Origin: a virus
Taxonomy: Duplodnaviria; Heunggongvirae; Uroviricota; Caudoviricetes
Length of the DNA: 64,000 nt
Reading direction: 5' to 3' (one strand)
Virus record (IMG/VR): IMGVR_UViG_3300027963_000034
Location: 1-64,000 of that record
The position numbers were made by a program, and so were the translations under genes. The first letter of the stretch is position 1. Each line of letters begins with the position of its first letter. This document shows positions 56,230-64,000 of the stretch, one piece after another. The notes beneath the pieces are model-generated. The model saw nothing but the letters and a program-made list of their open reading frames with translations. It was not told the origin of the DNA and did no database searches.

Positions 56230-57413
56230 AAATATTTTTTTAGGTATTCCAATTCTTTTGGTATATGTGTTTTATTAAAATCATTTCCAAAATTCATATA
56301 AGTTTTAAACATATCTTTTGAGTTTTTTGGATGATTTATATTTGTTTTTAAATATATCACAAAATTTTTAATTTCTGTTTTTAAATCATTATAATTAAAT
56401 GCTTTATCAAGTCTTGTATATAATTCTATTATATCAGTTTTTTCTTCAAAATTAGAAACATTTAACCAATACGGGTGTTCTGCAAATCCAAATCTAATTT
56501 GAGAATCCGAATCAATATATCCCATATGATACATAGATTTTCTAAAATTTGGAAAATCAAAACAATTTAATATAGAACAAGTATATTGAAATACGTGTTT
56601 AATATTTCCATATTTATTTTTGGCTTCGTTTAATAAATTCATATTATTTATGAAATTATTTGTATTAAACCCCGTTCTTACAAATTCACCAACATTACCT
56701 ATACCATCGCAAGATATTCCAAAATTTATACTTTTAAATTGAGAAAAAAATTCAAATATATCTCTATTATTAAATTTAACTAAACTGAAATTTGTATTTA
56801 AATGTATTTCTATTTTATCTTTATTGTCCAGTTTAGAAAGAAATTCATACATCTCTTTCATATATAAAGGTTCTCCACCTGCAAAATATATGTGTTCTAA
56901 ACTTTTTATATATCGTTTATCAATATCAAAATTTGTTATGTTTATTTCATTTTTATTAGAATCAATCGCGATTCCCATAAATTTTTTAAAAGCATTTTGT
57001 TCTTCAATCCAAGTTGAAGAATATTCTGATGTGCAACTTCTACATTTAAAATTACAAATATTGGAAGGTCGTAAATCTAGTCTAACAAAATCAGGATAAT
57101 TATATCCATCCTTTCTTGTTTTATTTTTGTATTTTTGAATTAGATGAGAATAATACCCATTCCACTTTGTTCTATAACTTTCAGCCCCCTCATCATCCAT
57201 TTTATAACAAACATCACAAAATTTTGGTTTATCACCATTTAACATATCCAATCGTATTTGCTTATATTCATCTGAATTAAAGGCATCCGATATTGAATCG
57301 TTTTCCAAATTTGTATTTTCTAAAAAAGTTTGTGAATAACAACAAACTTTTAATTTTTTATCTGGATAGGCATTAATATGTAAAAATGGTAATATACAAA
57401 ATGTATCTGACAT
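56226..57413 (-). CDS. radical SAM protein with N-terminal twitch/SPASM-like domain
   Basis: CILPF..VCC..CDVC; CNFKCRSC; AGGEPL. Confidence 0.88.
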   Translation of the reverse strand: MSDTFCILPFLHINAYPDKKLKVCCYSQTFLENTNLENDSISDAFNSDEYKQIRLDMLNGDKPKFCDVCYKMDDEGAESYRTKWNGYYSHLIQKYKNKTRKDGYNYPDFVRLDLRPSNICNFKCRSCTSEYSSTWIEEQNAFKKFMGIAIDSNKNEINITNFDIDKRYIKSLEHIYFAGGEPLYMKEMYEFLSKLDNKDKIEIHLNTNFSLVKFNNRDIFEFFSQFKSINFGISCDGIGNVGEFVRTGFNTNNFINNMNLLNEAKNKYGNIKHVFQYTCSILNCFDFPNFRKSMYHMGYIDSDSQIRFGFAEHPYWLNVSNFEEKTDIIELYTRLDKAFNYNDLKTEIKNFVIYLKTNINHPKNSKDMFKTYMNFGNDFNKTHIPKELEYLKKYL

Positions 57414-57865
57414 TAAATTTTTAATTTCAATTTTGTAATTTGTTTTTTATCTACTCCGTATTTTTCACAAACATATTTTAAATATTCTCTACCTTCTCTT
57501 GTTGCGTATAATACTTCTATATAATCGTTTGCTTGTCTTTCCGAACAATCATATTCTTTTTTTAATAACTCTACAATAAATTCTTCGTATTTTTCTTCTC
57601 CCTTACCTTTGATGTATTTTAGATAATGTTTTCCTTTTGGAATTACACTAATATATAACTTATACATTTCCTTTGGTTGTAAAGTTTGTGTCAAAGGTAA
57701 TAGAGTAGCAATCAATTCCACCCATTCAGGCTTCATTGAAAGAAAACGATTAATCATAAAGTTACTCCAAGATTTGATATCTTCTTCTGAAAGTTTATCA
57801 AAATACTTCGGGTCTTGCTCCGTAGTTATTGCGTTTATATGGTCAAATAACTTTTTGGCAGCCAT
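57413..57865 (-). CDS. clamp loader small subunit (T4 gp62-like)
   Basis: LFDHINAI, FMINRFLSM, IPKGK.YLKYIK; close to the RFC subunit. Confidence 0.7.
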   Translation of the reverse strand: MAAKKLFDHINAITTEQDPKYFDKLSEEDIKSWSNFMINRFLSMKPEWVELIATLLPLTQTLQPKEMYKLYISVIPKGKHYLKYIKGKGEEKYEEFIVELLKKEYDCSERQANDYIEVLYATREGREYLKYVCEKYGVDKKQITKLKLKI

Positions 57866-58107
57866 TATTCTATAATTTTTGTTTCTTGTAATTCCTGTGG
57901 AAGTAACTCATTTAAAGGTTTTCCACAACTCGCACATACATACAATTCAATCGGCATTACCGAATCTTTTGGTGCGCCCGTTAATAATCTACTAATCTTT
58001 TTGAATCTATAACCTGGTAAGAAAATTTTTCCACCACATTCACAATCCATATCTCTCGCGTCATTTAAATTAAAATTCGGCGGTAATTGGTTCATTTGTT
58101 GTTCCAT
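57865..58107 (-). CDS. hypothetical Zn-ribbon protein
   Basis: CECG ... CASCG. Confidence 0.65.
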   Translation of the reverse strand: MEQQMNQLPPNFNLNDARDMDCECGGKIFLPGYRFKKISRLLTGAPKDSVMPIELYVCASCGKPLNELLPQELQETKIIE

Positions 58108-59054
58108 TATTTTATAATATTTAAAATTTGAATAATTGTACTCATAAATACGATTTCTTTATCTACTACTAAAGCATCTTTGGATAATCCATCGGCTATT
58201 GTCATAATTGTATTTGCTACATTTCCCGTTGCATATTCATCAACCTTATCGTATAACATTGTATACATTTCTGAATAATCATTTAATCTGTTATCTGCAA
58301 CAGCTTGTCTTATTTTTAAGAAAAGATTGCGTTTATCATCTTGTGATTTTAAAAGTTCTATTAACTTTGATTGAAAATTAGATTCAACCATTATTTTATG
58401 GTCTACTTTTAATTCTCCTTTTGCTGATTGTAATTGGCAAGTATTAAGTATTCTTCTAATATCTGGGTAATAAGAACTAATTACATCTGCAACATTTTTA
58501 ATATCATATTTGATATTTTCATAATCTAATATCTTTGCTACTTGAATTGCTACATCCTTTTTAGTTGGAGGTGTGATTGCAAATGATTGGCACCTACTTT
58601 GTATCGGGTCAATAATCTTCTCAATGTAATTACAAGTCAAAATGAATCTACAATGTTTAGAGAATGTTTCCATTAAGTTACGAAGGATTGCCTGTGCGTT
58701 TGGGGTCATATAATCAAACTCATCTAAAATGATAATTTTGAAACCTGCAAAACCAACTGATGATGCGAAATTTTTAACTTTTGTTCTGACGGTATCCACA
58801 TTATTTTCATCTGATGCATTGATAATCATACTATCACATTTAATTGTATTTACTATTAGTTTAGCAAGTGTGGTCTTACCAGTGCCTGCTTTACCATAAA
58901 ACAACAAATGGGGAATATCATTTGTATCTAAATATTGTTGAATAGTTTCTTTTACCACTTCATTTCCAACATAATCTGCTAAAGTTTGTGGGCGGTATTT
59001 TTCCACCCACAAGCTATGCTCTTTTTTATTATTTTCGTTTGCGAAAAAACTCAT
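58107..59054 (-). CDS. clamp loader large subunit (RFC/T4 gp44-like)
   Basis: WVEKYRP, GKAGTGKT, NASD, LDEFD, SRC. Confidence 0.95.
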   Translation of the reverse strand: MSFFANENNKKEHSLWVEKYRPQTLADYVGNEVVKETIQQYLDTNDIPHLLFYGKAGTGKTTLAKLIVNTIKCDSMIINASDENNVDTVRTKVKNFASSVGFAGFKIIILDEFDYMTPNAQAILRNLMETFSKHCRFILTCNYIEKIIDPIQSRCQSFAITPPTKKDVAIQVAKILDYENIKYDIKNVADVISSYYPDIRRILNTCQLQSAKGELKVDHKIMVESNFQSKLIELLKSQDDKRNLFLKIRQAVADNRLNDYSEMYTMLYDKVDEYATGNVANTIMTIADGLSKDALVVDKEIVFMSTIIQILNIIK

Positions 59055-59055
59055 A

Positions 59056-59478
59056 TTATATATATTTTCCAGTTGAGCCGAATCCACCTTCGCCTCTTTC
59101 TGTATTAGATAATTCTTCTACCTCTTCAAAATCAATTTCAGGATAAGGTATAATCATAAGTTGTGCACCTCTTTCTCCGATATTGTATTTATTTAAACCA
59201 GATTTTTTAAATGTAGCTTGTAACTCACCTCTATATCCACTATCAATTACACCAACGGAATTACTAAGTGTTAAATCGGTTTTACGAATGGAAGATCGTG
59301 GAAATACTAATCCTACAAATCCTTTTGGAATTTCAATTGCAATACCAAATCCATATGTAATATCATATGTATTTTCTAATTTGATATCCGTTATAACCAA
59401 ATCCATACCCGCATCTCCATCTTTTGCATATGATGGAATTATTGCGTTTTTATTAAGCTTCTTTATTTTTACTTTCAT
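59056..59478 (-). CDS. dut: dUTPase (trimeric)
   Basis: AGMDL, PRSS, GVIDSGYRGE, RGEGGFGSTG. Confidence 0.95.
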   Translation of the reverse strand: MKVKIKKLNKNAIIPSYAKDGDAGMDLVITDIKLENTYDITYGFGIAIEIPKGFVGLVFPRSSIRKTDLTLSNSVGVIDSGYRGELQATFKKSGLNKYNIGERGAQLMIIPYPEIDFEEVEELSNTERGEGGFGSTGKYI

Positions 59479-59758
59479 TTTGTTCTGCTCTTTGTTTTTT
59501 TGTTTCTTCTGTAATTTGTCTTGGGAAGATTCTAAATACCATTTCATTTTGTTGGAAATTCAATCCTTCACCTTGATTTGGTTCTAATTGTAAAGTCAAA
59601 GGACTAGGTTCTTCACCTTCATTTGACCATGCAAATACAATTGGTTCGTTGTTAAAAAATTGGAAACACCATTCTGCATCTGCAATAGGTTGTGCTTCTG
59701 GAATATTTACCTCTTGTTGTAATTCCTCTTGTGGGAATAATTCTAATTGTTCACTCAT
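59453..59758 (-). CDS. hypothetical acidic protein
   Basis: ORF after promoter-like CTTG-N20-TATATTAA (59774-59805). Confidence 0.6.
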   Translation of the reverse strand: MSEQLELFPQEELQQEVNIPEAQPIADAEWCFQFFNNEPIVFAWSNEGEEPSPLTLQLEPNQGEGLNFQQNEMVFRIFPRQITEETKKQRAEQNESKNKEA

Positions 59759-59784
59759 TTTTATTTATTTTATTTAATATACGA

Positions 59785-60537
59785 TTATTTTTTTAAAATA
59801 CCAAGCTTTTCTATGTGATTATACAATCTTTGAGCATATTCTTTATTTTCTAAATATGTTGCGTGTTGGTGTGTATCTTTTAGGGGAGGATAATTTCCAT
59901 CGAATCTATTTTCATCTTTATAATCAGTTCCCACAAATGTCCCATTCCATAAAAATGGTATACCCATATCTTTTAAATAATATGTAATTAATAAATGGTT
60001 TTTATACCAATTCATTAAATCATTTTGTTCGTTTGAAGAACTTACGATACCAGCCCATTCTAGTCTACCTTCTCTATCTTCATCAAAATATCCCCAAGGG
60101 TTTGGATGATATGGTTCTATTCCACCATTTTCAGTATAATATTCCTTTTTATTTGGGTAAGTATACATAATTAAAATCAAATCTGGTTTAAATTCATTTG
60201 CGTATGTTAAAACACTTCTAGCTATATAATCATTACTCCTACCACTAATTCCTAAATTAATATCAACAGAATTGGATATTAATGATGATAATTGCGCCGG
60301 CCAGGTTTGGTGGTCATATACATCTATACCTTCGGTATGAGAACAGCCAACACTCATTATTTTAAATCCTTTCTTTTTTGGAGAAGCTCCCCTAAATCCT
60401 AATTCATTAAAATTATATGTAGCCTTTCCTTTATCGGAGCCATTTCCAATAAATTCTTTATTTCTTCTTTCATGTAACCTCCATTTGAATGTTGCAATAT
60501 CAAATGTTAATGGTTTCCAAAACTTTAATCCTTTCAT
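59785..60537 (-). CDS. SGNH/GDSL-like hydrolase
   Basis: YNFNELGFRG, VGCSHTEG, SGRSND, D..HA. Confidence 0.65.
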   Translation of the reverse strand: MKGLKFWKPLTFDIATFKWRLHERRNKEFIGNGSDKGKATYNFNELGFRGASPKKKGFKIMSVGCSHTEGIDVYDHQTWPAQLSSLISNSVDINLGISGRSNDYIARSVLTYANEFKPDLILIMYTYPNKKEYYTENGGIEPYHPNPWGYFDEDREGRLEWAGIVSSSNEQNDLMNWYKNHLLITYYLKDMGIPFLWNGTFVGTDYKDENRFDGNYPPLKDTHQHATYLENKEYAQRLYNHIEKLGILKK

Positions 60538-60539
60538 AA

Positions 60540-63095
60540 TTAAAAACTAAAAAACTTTTTTGCAGTTTGAGCTTCAGTTGATGCTTTTTCCCATTTTAAT
60601 GCGGTATAAAAATCATCTAACTTATTTTCTAATTCTGCTTTAAATATCATATCTCTATCAATATATTTTTCAATAAAATCCATAATCTCATTAGGGTCAT
60701 TATAATCTTTAAAAGCCAACCCTTCTAATCCTAATGGGTTATTTCTTAAATATACCCACTTAACTTTATCACCATCTCTAATTGGTTCATTCTTAAATGG
60801 ACAATTAAAGAATTTTAATAATCGGTTATATGCAATTCCGGCTTTAACATGGGCAGGTGTTCCTTTCTCAAATAACCCAACAGGCTTACCTCTTTCCCAT
60901 TTACCATTATCATACTTACTTAATTCTTTGATTGCTCCACTCTTTGCTATTTTGTTTACAGGCAAAGTAATCATACTCTTTTTGAACTCTAATAATTTTG
61001 TATCAACATATTCATTATCTTTACCCATAAGAATATCTTTCAACATACCACTCATATAATCTTGGAATGCTTTGGGAAATGATGAACGAACTACATCTAA
61101 ACCTTTAACATCTAACTTATCACATTTGATGCCATTCTTTAATACCATCCATTGTGCATATCTTTTCTTTGCTACCCAAAATCCCGCTTTACTGATATAT
61201 TCCTTTTTGATTTCAAATCTATGTTTTTCTTTTGGTATAAAAAAGAATCTTTCAGCAAGTATATCATAAAATTTATTTAAAAAAGATTGAGTTTCTTCTG
61301 CTATTATATTAACTTCCTGTGCCATTCTTTCTTCATCAAATTCTTTATATTCTGGGTATCTATGCTTTACCAATGGTTCTGCCATCATATAAATTGAATC
61401 AGTGTCAATATACACATTGTAATCTTCTTTTGTATTTAATTCTTTCCAATATTTTATATTAGCCATTTCAGCCGTTTTTTTAATAACCGTCTGACCGGTA
61501 ATAGTAACTGCTTCGGCGTTATCTATATCATAAAAACGAAATGCCGGTAAACCTAACACACCATACATTGAGTTCAATAGAATTTTTTGTACCAATTGTC
61601 TTTTTGCGTAAAAATCATATTTTTCAGTATCACCTGCTTCTCCGTATTTTTTTTCTAACTTACGGAATTCAACTCTTTGTTTAAACCATGTATCTAAAAT
61701 ATCTGCAATCAATCCGGGTTTGTCTTGTGTATAAAGAACTCCGTTTGCAGCTACACCCAAATTACTATCTTTAATAACTTCTTTTAGTTCCTGAGTCGTA
61801 TATTCGTATTTATCACCATCCTTGCCAATTAACTTATAAGTTGTATCTAATCCTTTGATGTTTGCCTCTGCGTCCCAATTTTCAATCTTACCAACCTTTG
61901 TTTCAGGTGAGATGTTTAGAGTCATAATAATTGATGGATATAGTGATGTTAAATCCAAATCATAAATCCAATCATACTTTCCAACAATCGGTTCTTTTAC
62001 ATATGCACCGATAAACTTCTCCTGGTCGTTATCTCTCAATGCTTGCATTCTTTCTTTTCTATCCTTTGGTTTATTTGGGGCTACTAATCCTTTTTTCTTG
62101 AGATATGCTAAACAAGCTCCTTCTAAATATTTTGAAGAGTATATATAATCCTCGTATGGTACAAATCCGGCGTGACAAATCGCTCTACACAAATCTACGA
62201 ATTGAAGTTTTTCATCCATTGCTACAACTAAGTCTACATCGACAATATTATATTCAATAAACTTTTCTAAGTCATTTTCAAACAAATCATCCAAACTTCC
62301 TTCATACTCAATCTTACCTCTACCCAATTCTTTTGTTGCGATGTGGTTCAATGTATATGAACTTTCTAAACCATAATTATAGTTTTTATATAAGTTGATA
62401 TAATCTAAAATAGATACACCACCAAAACTCCATTTATTTCTATAAGGTGAATAAAAGGTTTGACCTATTGGAGATAATCTTTTTGCATGACCTTCGCCAC
62501 ATACATTTTTGATACGATTGTAAAGATATGGGATATCAAAGAAATCTATATTCCATCCTGTAAGAATAGACGGGTTAATTTCTTCGTAATAGTTAAGAAA
62601 TGCAAGTAATAAATTTTTCTCGTTATCGTAAATGTGAACAGCAACTTCTCTCCCATCTTTACTAAATGTTTTTCCATTATTTTTAATTTTTTTAGTTTTA
62701 TCTAAAACAAATACATCAAATAATTTTGTAGCCCCATCGTGAGATGCGATGGCTGTTATTTCATTTTCTGCTTTTTCGGTACTTGGTAGTCCTGATATCA
62801 TTTCTACCTCAATATCAAAAGTCATTACTCTATGACCTGTTGATGGTAAATCCGAATCATACATATCAACTAATACTCTCGTTGTTTCAGGAACATCAGA
62901 TTCAAATAAATCTTCTGCGTCATCTTTTTCCCATTTACTAATTCTAGTTAAACGGTCACCATTCATTGAAAGGTGTTGACCCGATTGGTCTTTCTTATAC
63001 GCATACTTTCGGTATGGTAATGTAAAATATCCCTTCGTGTCGTCCCATAAATGAATTAAATTCTTCTGCCTCTCGTAAAATATATTTTGATACAT
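60540..63095 (-). CDS. family B DNA polymerase (T4 gp43-like)
   Basis: FDIE exo I, GWNIDFFD exo II, DLTSLYPSII, KILLNSMYG, YIDTDS, KKRY. Confidence 0.97.
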   Translation of the reverse strand: MYQNIFYERQKNLIHLWDDTKGYFTLPYRKYAYKKDQSGQHLSMNGDRLTRISKWEKDDAEDLFESDVPETTRVLVDMYDSDLPSTGHRVMTFDIEVEMISGLPSTEKAENEITAIASHDGATKLFDVFVLDKTKKIKNNGKTFSKDGREVAVHIYDNEKNLLLAFLNYYEEINPSILTGWNIDFFDIPYLYNRIKNVCGEGHAKRLSPIGQTFYSPYRNKWSFGGVSILDYINLYKNYNYGLESSYTLNHIATKELGRGKIEYEGSLDDLFENDLEKFIEYNIVDVDLVVAMDEKLQFVDLCRAICHAGFVPYEDYIYSSKYLEGACLAYLKKKGLVAPNKPKDRKERMQALRDNDQEKFIGAYVKEPIVGKYDWIYDLDLTSLYPSIIMTLNISPETKVGKIENWDAEANIKGLDTTYKLIGKDGDKYEYTTQELKEVIKDSNLGVAANGVLYTQDKPGLIADILDTWFKQRVEFRKLEKKYGEAGDTEKYDFYAKRQLVQKILLNSMYGVLGLPAFRFYDIDNAEAVTITGQTVIKKTAEMANIKYWKELNTKEDYNVYIDTDSIYMMAEPLVKHRYPEYKEFDEERMAQEVNIIAEETQSFLNKFYDILAERFFFIPKEKHRFEIKKEYISKAGFWVAKKRYAQWMVLKNGIKCDKLDVKGLDVVRSSFPKAFQDYMSGMLKDILMGKDNEYVDTKLLEFKKSMITLPVNKIAKSGAIKELSKYDNGKWERGKPVGLFEKGTPAHVKAGIAYNRLLKFFNCPFKNEPIRDGDKVKWVYLRNNPLGLEGLAFKDYNDPNEIMDFIEKYIDRDMIFKAELENKLDDFYTALKWEKASTEAQTAKKFFSF

Positions 63096-63103
63096 ACATT
63101 GTT

Positions 63104-64000
63104 TTATGGTTTATAAAATATAAAGATTGGTTCGTATTTATACGATTGCCCTTCTATCTTCATACTATTCTTTGCTTTTGATAAATCCATCCCCGTCATT
63201 GGACTCATTGTCATTCTTAATTTTCCTTTATATTCACATCCTAATTCAGTTAGGATATCGATACTATCTTGCTCCAAAGTAAAAAATTTATCAGGTCCTA
63301 CTTTTATATCAGCAATATTCCAGCAAATGTATCTATCATTTTTAAGATATTCAAATGCGGTTGTTAGAGTAGGTCTTAAAAAGCCATCTCTCCAACTTTC
63401 ATATGAATTAAATTTCTTAAAAGATTGCGTTTCATCATCCGAATATCTTTCTCTATCAAAATATGGTGGTGAAGTAAATACAAAATCTAATTTACCTTTA
63501 TACTTTTGGAATCTTTCATCTAAATGAATAATTTCCGAACCTGTTGTAAAAATTTCATAACTATTTGCATGTCCCCAAAATGGGTTTGATGCTCCAGGTA
63601 CTTTATTATTAAAAAATTCTGCAAGATATTCGTATCTAGTTTTACCAATTTCAGGTATTTGATTTTCTGTATTAGGGTCATTTCCTATGTAATGTATATT
63701 CCTATCATCGACACTTAATGCACCTAAAATTCTCCCACCCCATCCAGCCGATGGGTCGTAAATATTAATCTGCTTTTGGTCTTTAATATGATTTGTAAAT
63801 CTTTGATAAAGATATTTTGCAGTTAATGGTGGAAAATTTACTGCTGCTTGCGTTCCCATACCAATACGGAATGCCGCAGTAGCTTCAGGAAATATAGTTT
63901 GTCCTAATGGGTAGATTTTAATTTGAATTGGTTGTTTTGTAATCTCATATAAATTATCAATATTTTCACCCCAATCTGCGGTTTTAAGTGACGATATATT
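63104..64000 (-). CDS. DNA amino-methyltransferase-like protein (5' partial)
   Basis: YDPSAGWGGR SAM motif and FTSPPY catalytic motif; frame stays open to the window edge. Confidence 0.8.
   Translation of the reverse strand, partial: NISSLKTADWGENIDNLYEITKQPIQIKIYPLGQTIFPEATAAFRIGMGTQAAVNFPPLTAKYLYQRFTNHIKDQKQINIYDPSAGWGGRILGALSVDDRNIHYIGNDPNTENQIPEIGKTRYEYLAEFFNNKVPGASNPFWGHANSYEIFTTGSEIIHLDERFQKYKGKLDFVFTSPPYFDRERYSDDETQSFKKFNSYESWRDGFLRPTLTTAFEYLKNDRYICWNIADIKVGPDKFFTLEQDSIDILTELGCEYKGKLRMTMSPMTGMDLSKAKNSMKIEGQSYKYEPIFIFYKP

Noticed and set aside
60540-63095. Intein or intron in PolB
   Set aside because: 851 aa with contiguous motifs; no insertion evident.
276-63527. All plus-strand ORFs in the track, and nested minus-strand ORFs (16505, 43769, 53906)
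   Set aside because: Shadows of well-supported minus-strand genes or RNA genes, with no recognisable motifs.
1-64000. Stop-codon recoding
   Set aside because: Genes are full length and tightly packed in code 11; TAA, TAG and TGA all serve as stops; no suppressor tRNA.
1-64000. Bacterial chromosome origin
   Set aside because: T4-like PolB and clamp loader, endolysin, Seg endonuclease, single-strand gene packing and fragmentary pathways favour a huge phage, although no capsid or terminase gene is in the window.

Overview
AT-rich segment of a very large (jumbo/huge) dsDNA phage genome; all credible genes are on the minus strand in standard genetic code. The host is most likely Bacteroidota, judged from nine TTTG-N20-TAnnTT(T/A)x promoters (plus one CTTG variant), a DUF4494-like gene, an Hc1-like gene and T9SS-CTD-like lipoproteins. 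In transcription order (right to left) the window holds: (1) a T4-like replication block (DNA MTase-like, PolB, dUTPase, clamp-loader subunits, PD-(D/E)XK nuclease); (2) a ~20 kb glycan biosynthesis/decoration island (many glycosyltransferases, C- and O-methyltransferases, nucleotidyltransferases, HddA-like kinase, CysC, 2OG-Fe(II) oxygenases); (3) an Fe-S module (IscU, IscA, two ferredoxins); (4) a GH19 endolysin; (5) a ~13 kb outer-membrane/secreted-protein module (two CsgG-like proteins, beta-barrel-like proteins, cohesin/dockerin/C-type-lectin proteins); (6) SpeD, a NucA-like nuclease and a sulfotransferase; (7) an RNA island with a tmRNA (23-aa tag), six tRNAs, a ~840-nt GOLLD-like ncRNA, several small structured RNAs and a GIY-YIG homing endonuclease. 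Seven SGNH-like paralogs are scattered throughout. The most striking unexplained structure is a classical-looking ribosome-dependent attenuator: a 22-codon leader with protector, antiterminator and terminator, placed directly before the tRNA-Asn/Gly/Gln/Trp genes, whose predicted sensing window reads N-Q-I-W-G. All product calls come from motif recognition by eye; no database search was run.
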